NCBI GenBank assembly: GCA_021613535.1
Contig: CP075492.1
Coordinates: 16,182,001-16,246,000 of the forward strand
Reading direction: 5' to 3'
DNA from: Adineta vaga
Taxonomy: Eukaryota > Animalia > Rotifera
Length of the DNA: 64,000 nt
Positions 1 through 11,537 of this stretch are shown here, piece by piece. Positions within the stretch are counted from its first letter, which is position 1. Every line of letters starts with the position of its first letter. Under the pieces are notes generated by a model that did no database searches, was not told the origin of the DNA, and was given only the letters and a program-made list of their open reading frames with translations. Made by a program: the position numbers and the translations under genes.

Positions 1-1301
1 TTGATCTCCTTCTTAACTGGGGACCCATTATGTTTATTCCTTGTCTTCCATTTATTTATCTTCTTTTAAATCGAAAAAATGGTCTTCGATTAATCGTACG
101 TATTCTATCTATTTCTTGTTTTATATCCACATTACTTCGCATCATCCCATCAATTGTCACATCTCCTTCCAGTCCACATTTCAAGTCGATATCATTACCA
201 TTTATTCATGCTGGTCAAATAATCAATGCCGCTTGTGGTCCATTAGTAATGGCACCCGTATCCCAATTATCATGTTTATGGTTTGCTGCTAATGAAAGAA
301 CACGAGCAACAACAATCGCTATAATGGCAAATACATTTGGTGGAACAATTAGTTTTCTAATCAATCCTGCAATTGTTTCTCAACCATCTAACGTTCCTTA
401 TTTACTTTATTTTCATCTTGCTCTAGCTTTTTTAGCTGGACTTTTAGCATTGATATATTTTCCTGCTCATCCTCCAACAGCTTCATCAGCAGCAGGTGAA
501 CTTCTAATGAAAGAAGATAACGAAAATTCTCTCTCAACTTTCAAATCTTATAAAGATGGTCTTAAACAATGTTTTACAAATTTTCCATTTATTTTACTTT
601 CAACAGCAGGTGGAATCATGAGTGGAACATTTGCAGTATGGACTGGATTATTCGCGACAATTCTTTCATTTGAAAACTATTCCGAAACACAAGCGGGTAA
701 AATTTCTATCATAAAAACCCTTTTTTTCTAAACTATATATGATAAAATAGGTTGGTTTGGTTTTGCTTCATCCTTATTAGGAATTCTTGGTGCTCTAGGT
801 TTAAGTGCATTAGTTGATACCAAACGTTTTCGACGTTCTCATAAAATCTTTATTCTTATTTGTTTTCTTGCTTGTTTTCTCTCCGTTTTTTTCTTTGAAT
901 TATCTGTTCGTACAATATTTTATGACAAACCATTGATAAAATCGACAACATTCACTATTGGATTGTTTCTTTCACTTGCTGGTTTATTTCAAGGATCTGC
1001 CTTGCCATTAATCTATGAAAGTTCCGCTGAAATCATGTATCCATTACCTGAATCACTTTCAGCATCGATTCTTGTTCAATGGAATAATATTGCATGTGTT
1101 ATTCTTCTTTTTATTGCATCAAAACAATATCAAGTTATCAATCTACTTGTTCTCGTCGTCATCGCATTATCGATTCTAATGATTGCATTCGCTCGTTTCA
1201 CATATAAAAGACAAGAAGAAGATGAAAGAAAATGTGCAATACCATCACAATCACTTGAACTTCACGATCAAGTTTCTAATTCGACCGAACCCATGACATA
1301 G
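1..1301 (+). CDS. MFS transporter, SLC49/FLVCR/DIRC2-like (5' partial; intron 697..750)
   Basis: Multi-TM protein with motifs GQIINAACGP and WFxxNERTRATTIA. A 54-nt GT..AG intron joins ORF 30..731 to the frame ending at 1301. Confidence 0.8.
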
Positions 1302-2254
1302 ATGTTTTTGAAATATTAATAAAATTCGGTCAATTTTGACAAAGGAAATCTTATGTATAATTTAAAAAATATTGTATCATTAATGAGAGAAGAAGAAAAT
1401 CAAGAGAATTGCAAGTAGTAAATTCAACCAAGGTCGAGATTGAGATAGGCTTAATCAGAGATGCATCGAGGGAACATAAAGTTACTGCGCCATAAATCAT
1501 ACAACAATTCATCTTACAAATAAGAATATATATACTTGAAAGAAGAAGAATAAGAAGCACTCGTCATCGATAGCAGGTATCATTTAATGAATTTTAAGTT
1601 TGCGAATGTAGCTGTTATCAAATGCACGCGTACGATAGCGACACATCACAGCGTATGAATATTGTCTACTATTGTACATTTTGCGACATCGAAGAGGGTT
1701 AGATATCACACACAATGGTGATATATTGTTTCATTAAGGAGGTCAATTTACTCGAAATAAAACATAAATGCCTTACGTTCCTCTATCTGTTTGAAACGTA
1801 GGATAAGAACGCAAGAAAAAAATTCGATCCTATAAATAATATGATGTTTCGTTTGAATATATATCATATTTTTTTTTCATCGAATCTCCGAAAAGCAAAA
1901 GCCGACATCATTGTGAGGTTGAAAACATGGCCGGTATTCAGAAGGAAAAAAAACCGGTAAGTTATTTTGTACGTCTAAAAATTCAATATTTTCCAATGCG
2001 TTAAAGGTAGAGTGGAAAGGTATCTCGAGAATCTGGATCGACTATAGTGTCGAGAAATCTCAGTGTGATAATATAAAGAAAAGTGACCGTGTTTATTGAG
2101 GGTAGACAAGAGCAAAATTTTAAATAGAAGATAATAAGAGACACTGACGATAAAAGAGAAAACAACAACTTTATATGTATAAAGAGGGATAATCATGATG
2201 ACAATGATAGCGTCAATAAGTAACAAGTAACGCTCGTCGGGCCGACTCACTTAA

Positions 2255-2560
2255 CCCTCGACTGTGGAGGACGGATATTTTTAGCTTGTTCCAATACCGA
2301 GACTAATTGATCTGGAAATCTAATATACGAGAAAATGACTCTCATATTATTGTTGAAATATATAGTAACTTTCACAACCAAAAAATATTAATTTTCTTCT
2401 CGTCAAATCAATTTCACCCAACACCTAGGTCCCTCTGCCACTCTCCCCAAATGATGATTTGCAAGTAGCCTTCACTGATGTTTTTTTGACCTTTGATCCT
2501 GACACAAATTTATTTACAAACAAACTATTTTTTTCATAAGACCCTCCTTATAGTCGAGGG
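2255..2560. mobile_element. piggyBac-like MITE remnant
   Basis: Left end TTAA|CCCTCGACTGTGGAGG; right end CCTCCTTATAGTCGAGGG is an imperfect inverted repeat of it. The right TTAA is missing. Confidence 0.45.
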
Positions 2561-2646
2561 AACGAGGGAACAACCGTTGATGCTAACATATATCTTCTTC
2601 TGATTTCGTTATTTTATACTTTACTACTCTGCATCTACCTTAATAG

Positions 2647-3648
2647 ATGTTTGGTACATCAAAAAAAACGATTAAAGAGGAACAAGATGAGATCGCTGAT
2701 TCAATCAATCAAGCCTATATAGATCATGTTTCGTACAAAGTAAGACGAGTGATACCTAAAAATATCATGTTAATTGGTCGTACTCGAACGGGTAAAAGTA
2801 CCATACAAAATGTGCTTGTCGATCCTCGTAGAATAGGTGCAGAATCTACACTCTATGCTCAAACAAAATTTGCTGAATTCCAATCGTTTATTGTGGAAGG
2901 TTCCACTGCCAAATTAGATCAATCACTCGTTTCAACAAACACGGAAGATACAAATCGTCAAGTGCGCGATCAACAAACTTCGACAGACTTAGAGAATATA
3001 CAAGAAGAGGCTGTTACCGTACTAAATATAATCGATACGCCTGGTTTGTTTGAACATGCATCATCGGCTGATGAAATTCAAGATAATGCTGCGATTCTCA
3101 AAACAATTCAAACATGTATTCATCGAGAAATTACAAAATTTCATCTTGTCTGTTTTTGCGCATCATTCGAATCAGGCATTAATGATCAAGATATTGCATC
3201 TTTAAAATTATTGGTCGAATTTCTTGGCAACGATGTTTCAAAAAATGCATGTCTAATTGTTACACGATGTGAATCGAAAGATGAGGCACAACGAAATACT
3301 TTGTGCGAAGAAATCAAAAAAGATATTCATTTTAAAGAAATTGCTCATTATTTTCAAAAAGGTATTCACTTTAGTGGTGCATTAAATCGTGATAATTGGA
3401 ATAAAGCGCAACGGAAAACTTTAGAAGATCAATTCGAGACGATCTCTGGCTATCGAGAAAATTTAATTGATTTATTTAGTTCTGCAACTGATCCGTATGA
3501 AATAAAAAATTGTGATTTTGCTGATTTAGCAAAGATGATCAAAGATCGACAAGAACTTTTGGCAGAAATTGAAACATTGAAGAAAAAAGGAGAAAATGAT
3601 GAAGAACTTATTCGTAAATTAAAAGATAAACCTTGTGTTATATCATAA
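2647..3648 (+). CDS. AIG1/GIMAP-like (TRAFAC) GTPase with C-terminal coiled coil and CaaX (CVIS)
   Basis: G1 GRTRTGKST, G3 DTPG, G4-like TRCE; intronless; ends KDKPCVIS*. Confidence 0.8.
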   Translation: MFGTSKKTIKEEQDEIADSINQAYIDHVSYKVRRVIPKNIMLIGRTRTGKSTIQNVLVDPRRIGAESTLYAQTKFAEFQSFIVEGSTAKLDQSLVSTNTEDTNRQVRDQQTSTDLENIQEEAVTVLNIIDTPGLFEHASSADEIQDNAAILKTIQTCIHREITKFHLVCFCASFESGINDQDIASLKLLVEFLGNDVSKNACLIVTRCESKDEAQRNTLCEEIKKDIHFKEIAHYFQKGIHFSGALNRDNWNKAQRKTLEDQFETISGYRENLIDLFSSATDPYEIKNCDFADLAKMIKDRQELLAEIETLKKKGENDEELIRKLKDKPCVIS

Positions 3649-3713
3649 GTTTCTTTTTCGTGTTAATAACAAATAAAATTCTACTTTTAACATTCATCAT
3701 CTACTTTTAGATT

Positions 3714-4547
3714 ATGTTTTCTCGATCTAATAATGATAATGATATCACAACAGAATCAATGTTGAAAGAAATAAGAAAAATTTATAACGAAAAACAAACA
3801 AATAAATTATCACCTCGAAGTTATCAAAGGGACGAACAAAGAAATATTCTTATTATTGGACGCCGACGTACTGGAAAAACAACTTTGAAAAATGTTTTGC
3901 AAGATCCTTGTTATATACCTGATGATTCAACATTATTTTCACGAACACCATCAATCATTCTTCATCCATTAGTTCAAATATCTGATTCGAATCTTTCTTT
4001 AAGAATTGTGGAAACATCTTATCCTTTTGAACGATCATCAACTGAACAAAATAATGATGAACAGGTATGGAAAATCAATCAGTTCTGTACTGAAAATAAT
4101 ATAACACAATTTCATTCTATCTTTTTTTGTACATCATTTGAATCGAATATTAATAATGAAGATGTCGAAATTTTACATAAACTTGTTCAACATTTTGGTG
4201 AACAAATACGTTCTCATTTATGTTTAATTATTACTCGATGTGAATTAAAAGATAATAGACAATGTAATCATTTGCTAGATGAACTTTATAACGATATTCA
4301 TTTTAAAGAAGTTATTCCATATTTTAATGAAAGAATTTATTTTACTGGTTCAACGAGTCAAGATAGTTATAAACGAAGAGATCTCAATTTACTTGTCGAT
4401 CAATTTGAAACTGTTTATGAATATCGAGAAAATCTTATTAAATTTATTCAAAATACAAATAATGTATTTGTCATTCGACCAGAACAACAAACTTTTCTAC
4501 CAAATAATGAACGTGATCCAGAAAGAATATGCTGTGAGCTATTATAA
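3714..4547 (+). CDS. AIG1/GIMAP-like GTPase paralog, degenerate G3, CaaX (CCELL)
   Basis: G1 GRRRTGKTT and TRCE retained, ETSY in place of DTPG. Aligns with the upstream ORF (FCxSFES, DIHFKE, DQFET..YRENL). Confidence 0.75.
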   Translation: MFSRSNNDNDITTESMLKEIRKIYNEKQTNKLSPRSYQRDEQRNILIIGRRRTGKTTLKNVLQDPCYIPDDSTLFSRTPSIILHPLVQISDSNLSLRIVETSYPFERSSTEQNNDEQVWKINQFCTENNITQFHSIFFCTSFESNINNEDVEILHKLVQHFGEQIRSHLCLIITRCELKDNRQCNHLLDELYNDIHFKEVIPYFNERIYFTGSTSQDSYKRRDLNLLVDQFETVYEYRENLIKFIQNTNNVFVIRPEQQTFLPNNERDPERICCELL

Positions 4548-4576
4548 ATTCTTATTTATATGAAAAATAGAGCGAC

Positions 4577-4812
4577 TGTCTAATTCGACTTCGAATATAA
4601 ATGCCGATTTTCAAAAAATGCTCCTAGTCATTATTTTGTTTTTTGAATAAAGATTTAGATTTTGTTACTCATAAATATAATTTGTAAACAGAGTCATATA
4701 TGTGCAGAATTTTGAATTATAATGAATGATAATCAAAATAAAACTATTCCTATTCCATGGAAAAAAACTCTAGTTCAAGTTTCGTGATTTATATTCGAAT
4801 TCGAATTAGACA
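4577..4812. repeat. 26-bp inverted repeat pair (possible MITE)
   Basis: TGTCTAATTCGACTTCGAATATAAAT at 4577..4602 and its reverse complement with 1 mismatch at 4787..4812. Confidence 0.6.
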
Positions 4813-4870
4813 ACTCATGTTTCAAAGAGAAAAAAGTACTTCGAAGATCTCACATTTTCTTATTTTATAG

Positions 4871-6010
4871 GTTCAAATAAGATCATCATATGTTTCGTAT
4901 CAATCTTATCATTATTATTTATACTTTTTGTCTGGTGGAAGAACAATCAACAAAATAGATTTGAATTCGAAGAAGATTGGATTGATCGTCTTAATAGTGG
5001 TTATTTATCTGTTAATCATATGAATCGTATGATAATTTTTGCATCGGAAAGTAATATCGAATTGAATTCTACAGATATTGAGAATCCAAAATGGCTTAAT
5101 AATATTCTTTCTGAACAATCGAATCGAATGTTAGATATTGTCAATAGATTAAATCAAATTAATGATAAAATTATGGAAAGTTTAAACATATGGTTACTTT
5201 CTTCTGAGAAAATCCAATCCGAATCGAATAGGAATTTAATTTGGAATAATATTGAAGAATTATGTGAAAAAAGTATTCAATTTGAAAATTTTTCTTCAAA
5301 TTTAATTGAAATTTTAACATCCATATATCGAAAGGAGAAAAATATTGAAATGAATTCAATTTATCTATGTGAAGAAGTTAATAAAGAAATCAAAGAAGAA
5401 AGATTTACTTTGAATAGTTTAAAAATAGCTGAAGAACATTATGATCAAATGTTAGTTTTATATAAAAATCATCAACAAACAGAAGAGAAGATGAAACAAT
5501 CTCTTCGAAATGTTAATGAAGCTCGACAAAAACATAATCAAGTATTTCTATCACTTCAAACTTTACGTGAAAAGAATCAAACGCTTCAATTTGAAGAAAT
5601 CAAACGAGAACAACATTTAAAATTAATGTTCATAATAATTGAAGAAATGCATCAATTACACAAGAATTGGTCACATTTTCATGAATTTTTATCAATATTT
5701 TCACGTCATATTCAATTCATTCAAAAAGTTTGTTTTGTTTTTTTTCTTATTATTTTAATGAGAAAAGATTTTCTACTTTTAGTTGTTTGATGAACAGTTA
5801 ATCAATTCGATGCAACACTTATGTCAAACATTGAATATTTCGTTGAAATTTATGATTGAACAATTAGATATGAATAAGAATTATTTTCTTTTGGAAACGA
5901 ATCAAGATCGATCAGATCATCTTTCACAATTAAATCTTCAAAAAATGAATAGAACTCAATTGATTTCCTCTTCGTCAAGATCAAAACTACTTAATATGAC
6001 ATCGAAATAG
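4871..6010 (+). CDS. Helical coiled-coil protein with N-terminal hydrophobic segment; 5' exon unresolved, intron about 5728..5781
   Basis: Frame is open upstream of 5020 (KIIICFVSILSLLFILFVWW...DWIDRLNSGYLSVNHMNRM). Divergent homolog of the 52485..54180 product. Confidence 0.55.
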
Positions 6011-6569
6011 TCAGATTTATGCAAATATGTATTAGGATATTTCGTACTGTGATTATATATATATATATCTTTAGTTTATATTTGTATAAAACTGAGTATA
6101 GTTATCTTTTGCAAAATGAGGATTAACTCTTGTTCATTCCTTTTTCTTTACTGTGAACTATAGAAGTTCAGGAGAAGAATATCGAATCTAAAGTGCTGAT
6201 ATATTACTTGTTTATTGGTAACTTTTCCTACATTGCTCTTCAAGAAATAATCATCCTTTTCGTTCGCCCGTTCGGAACGCGTTTTTGCTCTGTTCGCCTC
6301 GACCTGGGAGCTGTTAGCAATAAAAAACCTATCTCATTCTTTGAAGATAAATTCCATTGTATAACACAATATACTACTTTGAGAATGTTGTATCAAATTG
6401 TTCATGATTCACACATCTGCCATTAGAAATATTTGTCGCCGGTATGATGATTTGGATATTAGCGACATCTATGATATTTTCTATTAGTGATGATTACGAT
6501 AATGGACAAGTTATTTCTTATTATTATATTGATTTCATTCATTTTAAACGAACGGATATAGCGGATAAA

Positions 6570-7739
6570 ATGTCTTCAATTGTGATGGAAATCTTTAATA
6601 AATATCGATCAGTTATATTAATATCAAGTGGAATTGGTATTTACTGATTTAAATAAAGGGGAAAAAAAGTTGACCTACTTTCTATTTAATTTAGTTTCAA
6701 CTGGTTGGTTATACAATAAATTCTGGGTAAATCGTCGATTATTATCAAGTAATCAAATGATGATTGGAAAAACAATATTAATTACTGGGGGAAATACTGG
6801 AATTGGTTATGAAACAGCGAAAGATCTTCTTAAACGAGGTGCGATTTATTTGGAAATTTATTTAGAAATAAAAAGATTTGTTTTAGGTGCTCGTGTTACA
6901 ATTGCTTGTCGAAATTTAGAAAAAGGTCGTCAAGCTGTTGAAAAACTTCGTCAAGAAAGTAAATGTCAAGAAGATAATATAAATCTAATGGAATGTGATT
7001 TAAGTTCATTGAATTCTGTACGAAAATTTGCAAAATTATTCAATGAAAAAGAAGATAGATTAGATATTTTAATCTGTAATGCTGGTTTAGGTTATTCATC
7101 AGCAAAAATCACCGGCGATGGTTTTGATAATGTTATTCAATCGAATTATCTTTCACATTTTTTATTAACAAATCTTCTATTAAATAAATTAAAAAAATCT
7201 GATTCATCAAGAATTATTAATGTTTCATCAGATCTTCATCAAATTGCTAAATCAATTGATTGGTCAGATGTCTTTGTTCAAAAGAATTGTACAGGTTTCA
7301 TGGGTACATATCCAACATCGAAATTATATCAAATTTTATCAACATATCAAATGAAAATGAATTATTTAAAAGATGAAAATATGAATGTCTTTTGTTTAAC
7401 ACCGGGATTTGTTTCAACATCAATGAAAGATCCAATGGAAGAGAAAATCGGGTTTCTTCTTTCGATTCTTTATTATCCGATATTTTGTATATTCAAATGG
7501 ATTTGTGCAAAAACTCCACAATCCGGTGCACAAACAACGATTTATTGTGCGATTGAACCGAATTTAGAGAAATCGAAAGATTTATATTTTCAGTGCGTGT
7601 TTCTTTTTATTTGATTATTTAAATGAAATTCTTTTCTTTTTATAGGAATTGTTCAGTTTGTCAACCATCTTCATTAAGTACTGATCCAATCGCAGCTCAG
7701 AAATTATGGACAATGAGCTGCGAAGCTGTTGGAATTTAA
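6570..7739 (+). CDS. Short-chain dehydrogenase/reductase, retinol dehydrogenase 11-14-like (multi-exon)
   Basis: TGGNTGIG Rossmann motif, NAG, YPTSK catalytic motif, GAQTTIYCA. Short introns; the last exon ends KLWTMSCEAVGI*. Confidence 0.85.
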
Positions 7740-7755
7740 TTAATTTTTTTTTCAA

Positions 7756-9817
7756 TTAAAATCTTGTATTAGTTAAATACGAATTAGTCATTTGTAAACT
7801 TTTATATTTAAAATATTTCCACCAGATTTGACCCAAATGTGATGTCATTAATAAAGCCATTATGATTATAATCAACCATGCCTAGAAGAAAGCAAAATTA
7901 TTTGAATAATCCTTATAGTATTCCTCTCATGAACATCAGAAAAAGTGATTCTCGAGTTTCTAGTTGAAACTTTGCACAGAAATAGACTTCTATGAGAGTA
8001 ATTTATTGTGAAAGTTTCACATCCTTCGGTTATTCCTATCCTAAGATACGGCTAAAAAGCATGTTTCTAACATCATTTGTATATACTCGACAGGTTCTTA
8101 TTTCAGAACAGTAACCATCAAAAGATCTACATCTTTCAGGTCAAAATTCGAAAGCGATCTAACAGTTAGAGACCTTCCATGATTGATTAATTGGATCAGT
8201 CAATTTAATTAATAAGAATTGAATAAAAGTGAATGCACCGACGAAACTCCACATAATTCCCGATAAACGGCCAATATATCGCGATGGGAAACTATTTTGA
8301 AGAAAAAAATTTTTGATTATTTTCAAACAAGACAAAAAATCTTACAAAGTCGAAATAACGGATTGACAAGCAGAAACAATTGTTGAACGGCATAGACAAT
8401 TTAATATTAATACGACTATGATTGTATTTGATGATGGAAACATTAATATAAAACATAGAATTAGATTTAATAACCAGGAAATTGTTTCAACTATTGAGAT
8501 ATTGAATAATTTCTGTTTGTGACCTTAAAACAAAGTTCTTCTTTTTGAATAAAATTTCAATCAAATACTTTGATCAGCTTTAAATCCAAGTAAATAACCA
8601 TTTATTGGACAAATTACAATTGCTGATAATGTTGAAATATTGTAAATAAATGTATAATTTTTACCTGAAAAATTTCGATAATGAAAATCAAAAGAATATT
8701 TTATTTTTACTTAATGATTCATTTTCTTTTGTTATAAATCGAATAAATGGTTCCCAAATAACTGAAAGAAATACAGTTGGAATTATAAGAACACTTAAGA
8801 AAAGAACAATTAATATATATAAAGGATTTCGAAGAGTTTTCCAAATTGTCATTTCATTCGTTTCATCTAAATCAAAAATAAAATAGAATTGTTTTTTTTC
8901 TTCATATAACAAAAAAGAAAACTTTGATTATTTGTTTCAAGTTGAATATCAAATTGATATGATAAATTCGCCAAAGAATAATTCCAATCCAGAAATAAAA
9001 ACGATGTGAAGAATACTAACAATCCAAATGATAACCAAATATATGATAAAGTTTTCAATTCGAAATATTCTTTATCAATTAAAGTCTTCGAAAACAAAAA
9101 AAATTCCTTTTCTTTTCAATTCAAAAGAAAAAAAACTTAAAATTTACTTGAAAAATCGCAAACCACATCGTTGCAGATATTCCAGCACCAGCTAGTAACG
9201 ATGAAATAAATGGTCGTGATTTAGAAAAATAATTCGATGATGTATAACTCGTTATTACAATGATAATTCCACTGATTGACGAGAATATACAATGAATATA
9301 TATTAACCAATCATAACCTTTGATAAAACATTGAATTTTTCAAAAAAACAAAAGATTTTATTACCTGGTTTAATCAATGCTAATGATACCCATCCAATGA
9401 TATGAAATATTCTATGAAAAATATCAAATAAATTAGATTTTAAAGAAAATTTTTTGAGAAAATTTACAATGAAATTAATTTAACAAATCGACAACCGAAT
9501 CTATCGATTAAAATTCCAGTAAGAAATGCGGGTAAATCAAATGCAGCGAGTCCTAATGTCATTGCATTCTTTTTGAAATGAAAAAATGAATTTTTTTGTT
9601 TCTAAAAAAAGAATCAATTTACTTGATAATGTTTAATTTGTTGATAACATGGATTTATTCCTGATTCACAAGAATTTTGGTAGATATTCATTCGAAATAA
9701 TATAGGGAATAATGCTGGAAAACCAAAGATTGTTCCACCAAGTAAATTCATTTCAATGAATAAAAAGAAAACACCGATTATTTTCTGATATTTTTTTGCT
9801 TGATTCAAAAAATTCAT
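7756..9817 (-). CDS. SLC43 (LAT3/LAT4)-like MFS transporter, multi-exon
   Basis: N-terminal FIEMNLLGGTIFGFPAL motif; successive hydrophobic exons, e.g. FPSRYIGRLSGIMWS; last exon AWLIIIIMALL...TRF*. Confidence 0.7.
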
Positions 9818-10326
9818 TCTTTTCTTTAAATGAGATTTCAAAGAAGAAAAAAAAAGGAAAATGATCTTTTCCTTACAAATTCAATTCTTTTCTGAACAAT
9901 TAACAAAAAAAATCACGTTCTTAATCATTTGTACGATTGATTTCAAGATCATTTTATTTCAATTAATATTAATTGATTCTTTTAGAAAAAGAACTTCTGA
10001 GCGTTTTTTTTAATGAAATTATGAATAATATTTGGTATTTTTGAGTAAAAAGTATTCATATATTGTTTTGTTATGATTTTATATTTCTAAAGAGAACAAA
10101 AAAACCCTGATAAAAGAACAGCGTCGTTAATTAATCCGTGCGTCATATATATATATACAATGAAAGAATATTTGACGTCGTTTTATGCTTGATTAATCTT
10201 TCTTCTTCTTCTCCTTTTTTTTCCTTTGTGAATAATCAAATATATATAAACAAGATAATATTTTTTTATTTTCATTCAAGTATTTTATTACAAAGAAGAT
10301 ATTTATCTATTAATTTCAAATACAAA

Positions 10327-10670
10327 ATGTTTGGAGGAAATCCATTTGGTGGCGGTTTTGGAGAATTAGCTTCAGATTTTGCAATAAATCGATTTGTACC
10401 TGGTGGATTAAATAGTATGAGAAAATTTACATTTTTCTATTTGATTCATATTCGTTTATTTTTTCTCTTCAAGGTCCCATGGGAATGATCGCTGATAATC
10501 TCATGGGCGGAAATCCAAATGGTGGATTTAATATGGGAATGGGTGGTGGATTTGGTGGTAATCAATATGGTGGAGGTTATGGTGGTGGTGGTTATGGTGG
10601 CGGTTATGGTGGTGGTGGTTATGGTGGAGGCTACAACGGAGGATATGGTGGAGGTTATGGATATTATTAA
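10327..10670 (+). CDS. Small Gly/Tyr-rich (GGY-repeat) protein, intron 10415..10473
   Basis: Splicing the 59-nt GT..AG intron gives MFGGNPFGGGFGELASDFAINRFVPGGLNSPMG...(GGGY)n GYY*. Confidence 0.75.
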
Positions 10671-11199
10671 GAAAAATATCGATGTTTTTATCAAGGTTTT
10701 TTAAATAATGTACAAATAAATACATTCGTTTAAAAATCATAGTAGTCTTTATCAAAAAAAAGAATATTAAAGAATTATCGAATAGAATAATTGAGATGTT
10801 TCTAATCATAAGGTTTTTCTGTCGATAAAGCTTTTTAATTGGACGACACATGTATTTTGTTTTACCATCGATGTGTGACGAATTATGAGAGTAACGACTA
10901 TGCTTATCTCTTTCGATATGAAGGTGCTTTTTATTATCTGCACACTCACAATCGTGTCTTTTCTTTATTATGAACACAACTTGTATACGAGTGGATATAC
11001 ATGATAAAACAAAGAGTCGACGAAGTTAATATGGTTGACGAACAGAACACATACGTGAGATGTACCTACGTATTCACCGTTACGTGGTGATTTAGATAAA
11101 TAAAAATATGATATTCGACTGAAAAAAAAACCCGAATTGTATTCATTTGAAAAGAACTTAAGACATGATACAGATAAAATCCGAAAGACAGACGATTAT

Positions 11200-11285
11200 C
11201 TTGAGGGTTTGGGTGTGTGTGTGTGTGGCATACTTCCATATCAATCCCAGTTTCACCATCATTCATACCCACCCACACCCTCAAG
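11200..11285. repeat. Small inverted-repeat element with TGAGGG/TGTGGG-like ends
   Basis: CTTGAGGGTTTGGGTG ... CACCCACACCCTCAAG. Related motifs occur near 16960, 40445, 44649, 52322-52385 and 61841. Confidence 0.55.
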
Positions 11286-11537
11286 CTGATAAAATATTCC
11301 TTTGTATTATATGTATATAAGCCAACTGCGCGACCTTTCGATTGAAACTTTTTTCATTCGTTTTATTTTAATGATTTAATGGATTTTCTCTCTTTTTCTT
11401 TTCTTTTATGGATATGCATGATTGGTTATTTTTCTATACGTTATATGAATATGAATATATACATACATCGATCTCAGTAATTCTCGCTAGCACATATTGT
11501 AGCAGAAAATAGAAACATTTCATTCAATTTAGATTCA

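Noticed and set aside
10446-10977. His-rich, Thr-rich and Val-rich ORFs (10528..10977 -, 10446..10694 -, 10519..10704 +)
   Set aside because: Alternative-frame and antisense shadows of the GGY-repeat gene.
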